64,000 bases of DNA from an uncultured Acidobacteriota bacterium (GCA_963702425.1 CAVPCQ010000006.1:64001-128000), one strand, 5' to 3'; counted from the first letter of the stretch, positions 19,219 through 28,974 are shown. Numbers and translations: made by a program. The notes: a model not told the origin generated them from the letters alone.

Positions 19219-20355
19219 GTGGCAGGCGACGCGACCGGCGACGTTCCGATCAAGCGGACGCCGCTCTATGAAAGACACCGGGCGCTCGGGGCGAAGCTCG
19301 TTCCGTTCGCCGGCTACGAGATGCCGGTGCGTTACCGCGGCGACATCGAAGAGCACCTCGCCGTGCGGCAGCGGGCGGGCCTGTTCGACGTCAGCCACAT
19401 GGGCGAGTTCGAGCTTCGCGGACCGGATGCCGACGCCTTCGTGGACTACGTCTCGCCGTCACGCCTCTCGGCCCTGCCCCACGGCAAGATCGCCTACTCC
19501 GGCCTCACGACGGGGCAGGGGACGTTCGTCGACGACATCCTCGCCTACCACCTCGGCGAGCGGCATTTCATGTTCGTGGTCAACGCCTCGAACAAGGACA
19601 AGGACCTCGCCTGGCTGCGCGAACACGCGGCGGGGTTCGACGTCCGAGTCGACGACCTTTCCGACGAGACGGCGCTGATTGCGGTCCAGGGGCCGCTCGC
19701 GCGCGGGCTCGTGGCACCGCTGACGGAAGGGTTCGACGCGCTCCGGGTGCCGTACTACCACCTCGCCGAGGGGAAGCTGGCGGGGCGCCCGGCGCGTTTC
19801 AGCCGGACGGGCTACACCGGCGAGCAGGGGTTCGAGATCTTCCTGGCCAACGCCGACGCACCCGGCGCCTGGGACGCATTGCTCGAGGCGGGGACCTCCC
19901 AGGGCGTCGTTCCGGCCGGGCTCGGGGCCAGGGACACGCTCCGGCTCGAGGCCGCGCTGCCGCTCTACGGGAACGACATCGACGACACCATCACCGTCCT
20001 CGAGGCGGGGCTGGATTTCATCGTCGACTGGACCAAGGACCGGTTCCTCGGGCGGGACGCGCTGGTGGCGCAGAAACTGACCGGGCCGGCCCGCGTGAGG
20101 GTCGGATTCGAGGTCCGCGGCCCGGGAATCGCCCGCCACGGCCAGGGGGTCCTCGTCGATGGCCGGCCAGCCGGGTTCGTGGCCTCCGGCAGCATCGCCC
20201 CCGCGCTCGGTAAGGCGATCGGGATGGCCTACGTCCCCACTGCCGTGGCCGCGCCGGGGAGCGAGATCGAGATCGACGTGCGAGGCCGGTGCGTGCCGGC
20301 GGTCGTGGTGGAGATGCCGTTTTATCGCCGACCCAAGGCGAAGCAGGGCGCCTGA
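19219..20355 (+). CDS. gcvT: Glycine cleavage aminomethyltransferase T
   Basis: KRTPLY, GLFDVSHMG, SRTGYTGE, GLGARDTLRLEA, MPFY. Confidence 0.96.
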   Translation: MAGDATGDVPIKRTPLYERHRALGAKLVPFAGYEMPVRYRGDIEEHLAVRQRAGLFDVSHMGEFELRGPDADAFVDYVSPSRLSALPHGKIAYSGLTTGQGTFVDDILAYHLGERHFMFVVNASNKDKDLAWLREHAAGFDVRVDDLSDETALIAVQGPLARGLVAPLTEGFDALRVPYYHLAEGKLAGRPARFSRTGYTGEQGFEIFLANADAPGAWDALLEAGTSQGVVPAGLGARDTLRLEAALPLYGNDIDDTITVLEAGLDFIVDWTKDRFLGRDALVAQKLTGPARVRVGFEVRGPGIARHGQGVLVDGRPAGFVASGSIAPALGKAIGMAYVPTAVAAPGSEIEIDVRGRCVPAVVVEMPFYRRPKAKQGA

Positions 20356-20384
20356 GCGGCGCCCGTTCGAGAGGAGATCGGAGC

Positions 20385-20774
20385 ATGCCGAGGCCGGAAG
20401 ACTGCCTTTTCACGAAGACTCACGAGTGGGTGCACCGCGAGGGCGACGAGGCGCAGATCGGGATTTCCGACTTCGCTCAGCAGGAGCTGGGCGACATCGT
20501 CTACGTCAACCTGGGCGAGACGGGCCGCAGCCTGAAGCTGGGAGAGCAGCTGGGCGAGATCGAGTCGGTCAAGGCCGTGGCGGAGGTCTATGCCCCGGTC
20601 TCGGGCAGCGTCCTGGCCGTCAACGGGGCGCTCGGCGACAGCCCGGAGAAGGTCAACAAGGACCCTTACGGCGACGGGTGGCTGGCGCGCGTCAAGCTGC
20701 AGTCGCCCGCGGAACTGGACGGGATGATGAACTTCGCGGCCTACGCGAAGTACATGGCGGAAGAGGGGCACTAG
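20385..20774 (+). CDS. gcvH: Glycine cleavage H protein
   Basis: THEW, GISDFAQQELGDIVYV, IESVKAV (lipoyl Lys), DPYGDGW. Confidence 0.96.
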   Translation: MPRPEDCLFTKTHEWVHREGDEAQIGISDFAQQELGDIVYVNLGETGRSLKLGEQLGEIESVKAVAEVYAPVSGSVLAVNGALGDSPEKVNKDPYGDGWLARVKLQSPAELDGMMNFAAYAKYMAEEGH

Positions 20775-20813
20775 GACCTGCCGCGGCGGGTTGTCGTGTC
20801 GGTGTCCCGGCCG

Positions 20814-21428
20814 TCAGTCCGCCGCGCGCAACGGAGGGAGGGGGAGTGCGGCCTCGCTGAACAGTCTCCGGACCTCTTCGAGGGGCAGACCGACGACGTT
20901 CGTCACCGAGCCGCGCACCTCCGCGACGAACCAGGCCGCGGTTCCCTGCAGTGCGTAGCCCCCGGCCTTGTCGTACGGCTCGGTGCCTGCCACGTAGCGC
21001 GCGATCTCCTCCGCGTCCAGCGTCGCGAAGCGGACCTCGGTGCGGGCCAGCGCCTCGAGCACCGGCCCGGAGGGCAGGGCCAGCGCGACGCCGGTCACGA
21101 CGTCATGCCACCGCCCGGAAAGGCGACGGAGCATCGAACCCGCGTCCTCGATGTCGCGCGGCTTGCCCAGCGCCACGCCGCCGACCACGACGATCGTGTC
21201 CGCGGCGAGGACCGGGCGACCGCCTGCCGCGGGGCGAGCCGCGAGTGCCTTGGCGCGCGCCAGCCGCAAAGCGGTCGCAGACGCCTGCTCGCCGGGAAAG
21301 GGACGCTCGTCGACGTCCACGGCCAGGACCTCGACCGCGAGCCCGAGGCCGGCCAGGAGCGTTCGGCGGCGTGGCGACGCCGACGCCAGCACGAGCGCCT
21401 GCGGCGAGCCGGGGGTGCAGGGTGGCAC
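20814..21428 (-). CDS. maf: Maf family nucleoside triphosphate pyrophosphatase
   Basis: LASASPRR, AADTIV, LGKP, DKAGGYALQG, NVVGLP. Confidence 0.93.
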   Translation of the reverse strand: MPPCTPGSPQALVLASASPRRRTLLAGLGLAVEVLAVDVDERPFPGEQASATALRLARAKALAARPAAGGRPVLAADTIVVVGGVALGKPRDIEDAGSMLRRLSGRWHDVVTGVALALPSGPVLEALARTEVRFATLDAEEIARYVAGTEPYDKAGGYALQGTAAWFVAEVRGSVTNVVGLPLEEVRRLFSEAALPLPPLRAAD

Positions 21429-21485
21429 GGAGCTCCTCTTCGTCGCTTTGCGAATCGCGGGCCGACTTCCTATTCTCTTCGGGTG

Positions 21486-22859
21486 ATGGGCCGATCGGCA
21501 ATCCGTTGGGCAAGGCCGGCGAAGCTCGCGGGACTCACCGCCGCAGTCGCGCTGGGCTGGTCCGCCCTTGCCGCGCGCGGGGCCCCGGCGGCGGCTCCGG
21601 CGGTGATCCTGAACGTCACCGGGGCGGTCCACGGCTACCTCGACGTCTGCGGCTGTGAGACCTTCCCCCTCGGGAGCCTCTCGCGGCGCGCAGCTCACAT
21701 GAGCTCTGACCAGCGACGCTGGCCGGCGGCGAGTTCGTTCGCGGTGGACGCCGGGGATTTCTCGGATCTCCCGGGACCCTCCGGCGAGGTCAAGACGCGC
21801 GCCCTGGTGGAGGCGATGAACCAGCTCGGTTACCGCGCGGCGGGCATCGGCCAGCGCGACCTGGCGCTCGGGCCCGCAGCACTGCTCGAGCTTGGGAGGC
21901 TGGCCCGCTTTCCATTCCTGTCCGCCAACCTGGTGCGGGTCGGGCAGGGGACCAGCTGGCTTCCGGCGAGCCAGGTGGTGGAGGCTGGCGGGCTGAAGAT
22001 CGGGATCGTGGCGGCGATGAATCACGACCCGATCGCGAGCTGGGCGCTTCCGGACGGCTCCAAACTCGTCACGATCGATCCGGTCCCCGCGGTCGAGCGC
22101 GCGATGAAGGGCCTTCGGGGCAAGGCCGACGTCGTCGTCCTGCTCGCCACCATGCCGTTCGAGGACGCCCGCTTCCTGGCCCGACGGGTACCGGGAATCG
22201 ATCTGGTGTTCGGCAGCTTCGGAGAGCGGGTCACGCTCACGCCGGAAGTCGAGGGCGCCACCCGAATCCTGTACCTCGAGGACGAAGGGAAGTTCCTCGG
22301 CCAGGCGACGATTTTCCGGCCGGGCGAGCCGGGCGGCCGCCCGACGGTCGAGGTTTCGCGGCACCAGCTGGGCGCCGACGTCGGCTCGGATCCCCGCTGG
22401 GAAGCCTTCACGGTCGAGGCCATGGCGCGGGCGCAGCAAGCGGACGACGACGCGCGGCGCCTGGCCGATCCGGTGGCGGAAGCACGCTACGCGGGAGCGG
22501 GAGCCTGCGCGGGGTGTCACCTCTCGATCGTCGAACAGTGGTCGAAGACCGCGCATGCCGAGGCCTGGCGAACTCTCGTCCGCGCCGGCAAGAAGGCGCA
22601 GGCCAGCTGCATCCCGTGCCACGTCACGGGCCATGGCCAGGCGGGGGGCTTCGTCGACGAACGGACGACGCCTCACCTGTCCGGCGTGGGGTGCGAGGCC
22701 TGTCATGGTCCCGCGGCGCAGCACCTCGCCGATTCGGCCCGCCCTTACGGTCGGACCGGCCTGGCATCGTGCACGTCGTGCCACACCTCCGAACAGGACC
22801 CGACCTTCAACTATTACCAGGATCGACAGCGCGTGATGCACGGCTCCGGTTCGCCCTGA
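21486..22859 (+). CDS. Exported UshA/5'-nucleotidase-like domain fused to a tetraheme cytochrome c
   Basis: Signal peptide; HGYLDVCGC...GSLSRRA, DAGD, FLSANL; four CxxCH (CAGCH, CIPCH, CEACH, CTSCH). Confidence 0.85.
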   Translation: MGRSAIRWARPAKLAGLTAAVALGWSALAARGAPAAAPAVILNVTGAVHGYLDVCGCETFPLGSLSRRAAHMSSDQRRWPAASSFAVDAGDFSDLPGPSGEVKTRALVEAMNQLGYRAAGIGQRDLALGPAALLELGRLARFPFLSANLVRVGQGTSWLPASQVVEAGGLKIGIVAAMNHDPIASWALPDGSKLVTIDPVPAVERAMKGLRGKADVVVLLATMPFEDARFLARRVPGIDLVFGSFGERVTLTPEVEGATRILYLEDEGKFLGQATIFRPGEPGGRPTVEVSRHQLGADVGSDPRWEAFTVEAMARAQQADDDARRLADPVAEARYAGAGACAGCHLSIVEQWSKTAHAEAWRTLVRAGKKAQASCIPCHVTGHGQAGGFVDERTTPHLSGVGCEACHGPAAQHLADSARPYGRTGLASCTSCHTSEQDPTFNYYQDRQRVMHGSGSP

Positions 22860-22864
22860 GCCCG

Positions 22865-22895
22865 AACAAAAAGAACCCGCCGGCGAACCGGCGGG
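22865..22895 (-). terminator. Intrinsic terminator of the sigma region-4 gene transcript
   Basis: Minus strand CCCGCCGG-TTCG-CCGGCGGG followed by TTCTTTTTGTT. Confidence 0.8.
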
Positions 22896-22986
22896 CGGGG
22901 TGCCATGGGAGGAGGTCGGTCAGTGGGGGGAGGGGGAGTTGCTCCTCCCTCGGGGCCGGCGAACCGGCCCCAAGCACCACACTTCG

Positions 22987-23346
22987 TCAGGACGGAGAGA
23001 ACTGGAGCTGCGAGCGCAGGGAGCCGAGACGCTCGCGGAGCTTCATCTTGGCTTCCTTCTCGAGCTGGCGGACGCGCTCGCGGGAGAGTCCGAGGATCTT
23101 GCCGATCTCCTCGAGGGTCATCTCGTCGTTGCCCATCACGCCGAAGCGCTTCAGGAGGATCAACCGCTCCCGCTCCGGCAGCTCTTCGAGCGCCCGACGG
23201 GTCAGTTGGACCAGCTCCTTCTTGTACACGTCGTCTTCGGGACGCACCGAACCGGGGTCTTCCATGAGCTGGGAGAGCCGGGTCTCACCCTCGTGATCAA
23301 CGAAATCGTCGAGGGACTTTTCCTTCATGAGCCAGGGAATCCACAT
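22987..23346 (-). CDS. Stand-alone sigma70 region 3.2/region 4 protein (119 aa)
   Basis: SLDDFVDHEGETRLSQLMED, LPERERLILLKRFG, MTLEEIG..LGLSRERVRQLE; GAGGA RBS; no region 2. Confidence 0.85.
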   Translation of the reverse strand: MWIPWLMKEKSLDDFVDHEGETRLSQLMEDPGSVRPEDDVYKKELVQLTRRALEELPERERLILLKRFGVMGNDEMTLEEIGKILGLSRERVRQLEKEAKMKLRERLGSLRSQLQFSPS

Positions 23347-23375
23347 GGTCGGTTCCTCGCTTGGACCCACGAATA

Positions 23376-23391
23376 AGCAAGGGTCGTGCCA
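23376..23391 (-). promoter_or_regulatory. sigma54 (-24/-12) promoter
   Basis: TGGCACG-ACCC-TTGCT, a perfect consensus 30 bp upstream of ATG 23346. Confidence 0.8.
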
Positions 23392-23532
23392 CCTGTAAAC
23401 GTCTGAAAAGGGGCAGTTTTTCGCTTCCGTGCTACGTCAGTTTGGCGCAGGCCGCCTGACTGGCGCAGGAGTTGGGTCAATCCCGCCCCCGTTTCTTGGC
23501 CCGTCCGCCGCTCGGCTGTACCCTGTCGCGCG

Positions 23533-25275
23533 ATGGGTCGCGTCCGAGTCCTTCCCCCCGACATCGCCGACCGAATCGCCGCAGGCGAGGTGGTCGAACG
23601 TCCGGCGTCCGTTCTGCGGGAGCTGCTCGACAATGCCCTCGATGCGGGGGCCCGCCGGGTGGAGATCGAGCTGGCCGGCGGGGGGCGCGACCTGGTATCG
23701 GTCGCGGACGACGGCTGCGGGCTCGACCCCGACGATGCCCTGTTGGCTTTCGAACGCCACGCCACGAGCAAGATCCGCACCGGGGACGATCTCGAAAAGG
23801 TACTTACGCTCGGGTTTCGCGGCGAGGCTCTCGCCGCGATCGCTGCGGTGTCCCGGGTCGAGCTCCTGACCTGCCCGGCCTCCGGCGGGGAGGGGACCCG
23901 GGTTCGGATCGATCGGGGACGGCTGTTGGGGGTGGAAAGGGCGAGCCGCGCGCCGGGCACGACAGTGCAGGTCTGGGAGTTGTTCCTCGGGATCCCGGCG
24001 CGGCGGAAGTTCCTGAAGTCGCCCGAGACCGAGCTCGATCACTGCCTGCGGGTCGTCACGCGGGCGGCGCTCGCGCGCTCGGAGGTTGGTTTCTGGGTCC
24101 GGCAAGGGGGGCGCACCCTGATCGGTTCACCCGCGGCGGGAGAGGCGGCAGGCCGGGTCGCGGACCTGCTCGGATCGAGGCTGGCGGCAGGGCTCGTGCC
24201 GATCGTGGGGGACGGCGGCCGGGTCGCGGTCAGCGGGTGGGCGGCCCGCTCGGACCTCCATCGGCCGACTCGCGACGACATCCATCTCTTCGTGAACCGC
24301 CGGCCGGTGCGCGATCCGCTGCTGGTTCGCGCCGTGCTCGACGCCTACCGTCCGGGCCTTCCGGGCGGGCGCTACCCGGTCTCGGTGCTCTTCATCGACC
24401 TCGCGCCCGAGGACGTCGACGTGAACGTCCACCCGGCAAAGGCCGAGGTTCGGTTCGCGCGACCGCAGGAGGTCCGGGCGCTGCTCGTCGGGGCGATCGG
24501 TCGGGCCCTACGGGGTCGCGCCGCGCTGCCGGTCTTCTCCGCTGTTACCGGTGGGTCGCCTGAGGGAACCCCGCCGTCCGGCATGGCCGCCGCTGCGCCG
24601 GCGTCGATCGAGGCCGTGATCCGGGATGGCGCGGCGTCGAGCTGGGTCACCGACGCGGGCTCGCCGACCCCGGCGCGCCTCGCCTTCGAGGGGACGGACG
24701 CCCCCGCCGCGCGGCCACTCGCCCAGTACGCGAACTGCTACATCGTTGCCAGCGACGAACGCGGGCTGATCGTGGTCGATCAGCACGTGGCGCACGAGCG
24801 GTTGATCTACGAGCGGCTGATCCAGGAGGCCGAGAGCGGTCCGATGGCGCGACAGCTGTTGCTCTTCCCGCAGACGATCGAACTCCCACCCGGCGGGGTC
24901 GAGTCGCTCGAGCGGGAACGCGCGCTCTTCGAGCGCCTCGGGTTCCGCTATGAAGCGTTCGGCGGCAACACGGTGATCGTGCGCGAGGTGCCCGCGGTCC
25001 TCGGGCGGGAAGCCCGGCCCGCGACTCTGGCCGACCTGGTGGCCCGCACGACCGAGGGGGACCGGGCGGGGGCGGAGGCGATGTTCCCGCGCCTGCTGGC
25101 CACCGTCGCGTGCCACAGCGCCGTGCGCAAGGGGATGCCCCTCTCGATCGATCAGATGGGCTACATCCTGCGCGGCCTGGCGGCGTGCGAGATTCCGGGC
25201 CACTGCCCCCACGGCCGCGTGATCTCGCTCCGCGTCGATCTCGCGGCGCTGGACCGCGGTTTCGACCGGGCCTGA
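23533..25275 (+). CDS. mutL: DNA mismatch repair endonuclease
   Basis: IAAGEVVERPAS, HATSKI, GFRGEAL, DVNVHPAK, DQHVAHER, ACH, CPHGR. Confidence 0.97.
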   Translation: MGRVRVLPPDIADRIAAGEVVERPASVLRELLDNALDAGARRVEIELAGGGRDLVSVADDGCGLDPDDALLAFERHATSKIRTGDDLEKVLTLGFRGEALAAIAAVSRVELLTCPASGGEGTRVRIDRGRLLGVERASRAPGTTVQVWELFLGIPARRKFLKSPETELDHCLRVVTRAALARSEVGFWVRQGGRTLIGSPAAGEAAGRVADLLGSRLAAGLVPIVGDGGRVAVSGWAARSDLHRPTRDDIHLFVNRRPVRDPLLVRAVLDAYRPGLPGGRYPVSVLFIDLAPEDVDVNVHPAKAEVRFARPQEVRALLVGAIGRALRGRAALPVFSAVTGGSPEGTPPSGMAAAAPASIEAVIRDGAASSWVTDAGSPTPARLAFEGTDAPAARPLAQYANCYIVASDERGLIVVDQHVAHERLIYERLIQEAESGPMARQLLLFPQTIELPPGGVESLERERALFERLGFRYEAFGGNTVIVREVPAVLGREARPATLADLVARTTEGDRAGAEAMFPRLLATVACHSAVRKGMPLSIDQMGYILRGLAACEIPGHCPHGRVISLRVDLAALDRGFDRA

Positions 25276-25352
25276 CGGAACCGGCCCCGGCTGGTACCTT
25301 CTTCCCTGGGCCTGCCGTCGGGGCGGATCGGGCCCGGAGACCGATCCTGACC

Positions 25353-26036
25353 GTGCGCCGTTTCGCTTTGACGCCGCTCGTCGCGCTCGCTGCCGCCGTC
25401 GCGGTGGGGGGGGCTCTGCCCGCGCGTGCCGAGCGGTTGGTCTTCTCCGACCTGCGGACGCTGGAGATCGAGGAGTTCTCGCTCGACGGAGAGGAGCTCG
25501 TCGCGGTTCTTCCCGGCGGCACGCAGCTTCGGATCGCGATCGAGGCGGTACGCGAGATCCGGCCCTCCCTCCCGAGCCTCCCGCTCGACGCCGGTCCCAA
25601 GCGGGCCAACAGCGGGAGCTGGCGCAAGGAAGCCGGGGACTACGCGCGCCACGTTCGGCGCGCGGCCCGGCGCTGGCGGATCGACCCCGAACTGATCGTC
25701 GCCGTCGCGCAGACCGAGTCGCGGCTCAATGCGACGGCGGTCAGCCCCAAAGGGGCGTTGGGCGTGATGCAGCTCATGCCATCGACCGCGCGGCTGATGG
25801 CGGTTCACGATCCCTTCGATCCGCGCCAGAACATCGACGGCGGCGCACGCTGGCTGAGGATGATGCTCGACCGGTTCAAGGGGGACGTGGACCTCGCGCT
25901 GGCGGCCTACAACGCGGGACCCGAGACGGTGAAGCGCTACGGAGGGATCCCTCCCTACGCCGAAACCCGGCGCTACGTCCGGCAGGTCCGGGAGAAGATG
26001 GGCCGGATGAGGCCGGTCGCCCCGAGCGGGGCCTAG
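25353..26036 (+). CDS. Lytic transglycosylase (SLT domain)
   Basis: Signal peptide; TES, AVSPKGALGVMQLMP, ALAAYNAG, ETRRYV. Confidence 0.9.
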   Translation: MRRFALTPLVALAAAVAVGGALPARAERLVFSDLRTLEIEEFSLDGEELVAVLPGGTQLRIAIEAVREIRPSLPSLPLDAGPKRANSGSWRKEAGDYARHVRRAARRWRIDPELIVAVAQTESRLNATAVSPKGALGVMQLMPSTARLMAVHDPFDPRQNIDGGARWLRMMLDRFKGDVDLALAAYNAGPETVKRYGGIPPYAETRRYVRQVREKMGRMRPVAPSGA

Positions 26037-26100
26037 GCCGGGCGCGGCTGGACACCCTTCCGGCCGCTTGCTATCATCCGCGCCGCCTCGAGGGGGCACG

Positions 26101-26670
26101 ATGCTCTTCGACATCAGCGATTTGGCCCCCGGCGGGGTCGCTATCGAGGCGGCCATCCCGATTCCCCCGTTTTCCTGGGAGGGTGGCCAGGTGGTGGCGT
26201 GCGAGCCTGCACGCCTGAGGGGCAGCATTCGCCCGACCGGGCGCCGCGTGGAGCTGCGCGGTCGGTACGGCACGAAGGTTCGCCTCGTGTGCGACCGATG
26301 CTTGACTGGGTTCGACCTGCCCCTGGAGGGCGAGTTCCGCCTCTTCCTCGTGCCGGCGGCCGGCGCGCGGGAGGCGGACGAGTTTGAACGGCGCGCGGAG
26401 GAGGATCCCGACGCGGTCGATCTGTACCCCCTCGAGGGACAGGTCGTCGACCTCGTCGAGGTTCTCCGCGAACAGGTGGATCTCGCGCTGCCGTATCGCG
26501 CGATCTGCCGCGAGGATTGCCCCGGGCTCTGTCCCGGGTGCGGAGCCGACCTGAAGAGCGAGACATGCCGCTGCTCGGCAACATCCGGTGACGAGCGCTG
26601 GACCGAGTTGGCCCGGCTGAAAGCCGCGCTGGAGCAGCGGGGGGGCGACACGCCCACCGAAGGGAGATGA
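26101..26670 (+). CDS. yceD: YceD/DUF177 family protein
   Basis: [22 protein letters not shown]; upstream of rpmF. Confidence 0.92.
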   Translation: MLFDISDLAPGGVAIEAAIPIPPFSWEGGQVVACEPARLRGSIRPTGRRVELRGRYGTKVRLVCDRCLTGFDLPLEGEFRLFLVPAAGAREADEFERRAEEDPDAVDLYPLEGQVVDLVEVLREQVDLALPYRAICREDCPGLCPGCGADLKSETCRCSATSGDERWTELARLKAALEQRGGDTPTEGR

Positions 26671-26674
26671 ACGC

Positions 26675-26860
26675 ATGCCGAATCCAAAACGGCGGCATTC
26701 CAAGGCTCGCCGCGACAAGCGGCGCGCCCACGACGCCCTGGCGATCCCGGGGATGTCGCGCTGCCCGAACTGCCAGGAACTGAAGCTTCCGCACCGCGTC
26801 TGCCCGTCCTGCGGCCACTACAAGGGTCGCGAGATCCTCGAGACGAACCAGGAGGTCTGA
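26675..26860 (+). CDS. rpmF: 50S ribosomal protein L32
   Basis: [33 protein letters not shown]. Confidence 0.97.
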   Translation: MPNPKRRHSKARRDKRRAHDALAIPGMSRCPNCQELKLPHRVCPSCGHYKGREILETNQEV

Positions 26861-26925
26861 CCCCTTCCCGCTGGACGCGCGGCCCTCCTGAGGAGGGCCT
26901 TCCGCGACGCGCCCCAGCGGGTTGC

Positions 26926-28005
26926 GTGCGCGGCACGGGGGCGCCCGAGTTGACCCAGCTGAAAGCACTCGCACTGGACGCGATGGGGGGCGACTTCGGT
27001 CCGAACGAAGTCGTGCAGGGTGGGGTGGACTATGCCCGCGCCACGGGGGAGACGGTTTTCCTGGTCGGCCGCCGCGAGCCGATCGAAACCGCGCTCCGGG
27101 CCTGCGGCGGCGAGGATGCGCCGGTCAAGGTCGTTCCGGCCGCCGACGTCATCGAGTTCTCCGACAAGATCAAGATGATCCGGGCCAAGCGCGACTCGTC
27201 GATCCACGTCGGCGCGCGGCTCGTGCGCGACGGTCTGGCCCAAGGGTTCGTCTCGGCCGGTCACACCGGCGCGGTGATGTTCGTGTCGAAGGTCGTGTTC
27301 GGCGTCCTCGAAGGGGTGGATCGTCCGGCCCTTCCCGCGCCGCTGCCGCGGATCGGGCCCGGCTATACGGTGCTGGTCGACGCCGGGGCCAACGTCGACT
27401 GCACCACGGAGCAGCTGCGGCAGTTCGCGGTGATGGGGACGCACTACGCGCGCCGGATCTTCGGCGTCGAGAATCCGCGCGTCGCGCTGTTGTCGATTGG
27501 CGAGGAGGACAGCAAGGGGAACGAGATGCTGCGCGCGGTCGCTCCGGTCCTGCGCGAGGCCAACGTGAACTTCGTCGGGAACATCGAGGGCAACGACCTG
27601 TTGACCGACAAGGCCGACGTCGTCGTCTGCGACGGGTTCGTCGGCAACGTCGCGCTGAAGGTGGGCGAGGGGATCGCGGAGTCGATCATGCACATCATCC
27701 GCGACGAATCGGCCAAGCACCTGACGCGCCGGATCGGGGCGGCGCTGATGCTGCCGGCGTTCAAGTCGCTGAAGAAGAAGATCGACTACGCGGAGACCGG
27801 CGGCGTCCCGCTGCTCGGATTGAAGGAAGTGAGCGTCGTGTCGCACGGGCGCTCCCGGGCCAAGGCGATCAGGAACGCCCTGCGCGTGGCCCGCGAGGCG
27901 GTCGCCGGGAATATGGTGGCCCACATGGAAGACGAACTGCGGCTGCTGCACCAGGCCGAGTGCCGGCTGGGCGGCGTGATGGAGCGAGGGGAGGAGGGAT
28001 CATGA
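26926..28005 (+). CDS. plsX: Phosphate acyltransferase
   Basis: LDAMGGD, SAGHTGA, DAGAN, VCDGFVGN, SHGRS; start approximate. Confidence 0.95.
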   Translation: MRGTGAPELTQLKALALDAMGGDFGPNEVVQGGVDYARATGETVFLVGRREPIETALRACGGEDAPVKVVPAADVIEFSDKIKMIRAKRDSSIHVGARLVRDGLAQGFVSAGHTGAVMFVSKVVFGVLEGVDRPALPAPLPRIGPGYTVLVDAGANVDCTTEQLRQFAVMGTHYARRIFGVENPRVALLSIGEEDSKGNEMLRAVAPVLREANVNFVGNIEGNDLLTDKADVVVCDGFVGNVALKVGEGIAESIMHIIRDESAKHLTRRIGAALMLPAFKSLKKKIDYAETGGVPLLGLKEVSVVSHGRSRAKAIRNALRVAREAVAGNMVAHMEDELRLLHQAECRLGGVMERGEEGS

Positions 28006-28970
28006 GCCGCGATGACACGCGCTGGGTGGCGCTGTTCCCTGGTCAGGGAAGCCAGGCCGTCGGGATGGGCCGCGAGCTGGCGCAGGCCTATCCCGAGGCG
28101 GCCGAGGTCTTCGCCATCGCCGACGACGTGCTGGGCGAGAACCTCAGCCGGCTCTGTTTCGAGGGGCCGGAAGAGGCGCTCACGCTGACGCGCAACACAC
28201 AGCCTGCGCTGCTGACCGTGGCGGTCGCGGCGTGGCGGGTCTTGAAGGAGCGCGTTCCGCCCCCGGTCGCTGCGGCGGGACACAGCCTGGGGGAGTATTC
28301 CGCGCTCGTCGCCGCCGGAGTGATCGGCTTTTCCGACGCGCTGCGGGCGGTCCGGCTCCGCGGCAACGCGATGCAGGAGGCCGTTCCGTTCGGCGAAGGC
28401 GCGATGGCGGCGATCATTGGCCTCGAGCCCGCCGCGGTGGAAAAGCTCTGTGCCGAGTCGCGAACCTCGGGGGAAGTCCTGGTTCCGGCGAACTTCAACG
28501 CATCCGACCAGACCGTCGTTTCGGGGCACAAGATCGCAGTCGACAGGCTGGTCGGACTGGCGCCCAAGGCGGGAGCGCGCAAAGCCGTGCTGCTGCCGGT
28601 CAGCGCCCCGTTCCATTCACCGCTGATGGAGCCGGCGGCGGAGCGGATGGAGGAGTTCCTGGAGGGGGTCCGCTTCCGCGAGCCGGCCTTCCCGGTCGTG
28701 GCGAACGTCGACGCGTCACCGGTTCGGGACGGCGAATCCGCGCGGCGGACGCTCATTGCGCAGGTCGTGTCTCCGGTGCGCTGGGTCGAGACGATGAAGC
28801 TGCTCGAGGACGAGTTCCGGGCCGTCTCGGGAGTCGAGTTCGGTGCGGGTCGGGTGCTCGCGGGGCTGTCGCGCCGGATCAACGAGAAGCTGCGGATCGT
28901 GCCGTTCGGCGCACCCGACGAGTTGGACGCGGCGGTCGCGGCGGTGACCGCTGCCGCCGCGCCGCGGTGA
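28002..28970 (+). CDS. fabD: Malonyl-CoA:ACP transacylase
   Basis: FPGQGSQ, TQPA, GHSLGEY, VSAPFHS. Confidence 0.96.
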   Translation: MSRDDTRWVALFPGQGSQAVGMGRELAQAYPEAAEVFAIADDVLGENLSRLCFEGPEEALTLTRNTQPALLTVAVAAWRVLKERVPPPVAAAGHSLGEYSALVAAGVIGFSDALRAVRLRGNAMQEAVPFGEGAMAAIIGLEPAAVEKLCAESRTSGEVLVPANFNASDQTVVSGHKIAVDRLVGLAPKAGARKAVLLPVSAPFHSPLMEPAAERMEEFLEGVRFREPAFPVVANVDASPVRDGESARRTLIAQVVSPVRWVETMKLLEDEFRAVSGVEFGAGRVLAGLSRRINEKLRIVPFGAPDELDAAVAAVTAAAAPR

Positions 28971-28974
28971 CGCC

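Noticed and set aside
21648-21660. Selenocysteine codon in the UshA-like motif
   Set aside because: The frame reads TGC GGC TGT GAG (C-G-C-E); the TGA is out of frame
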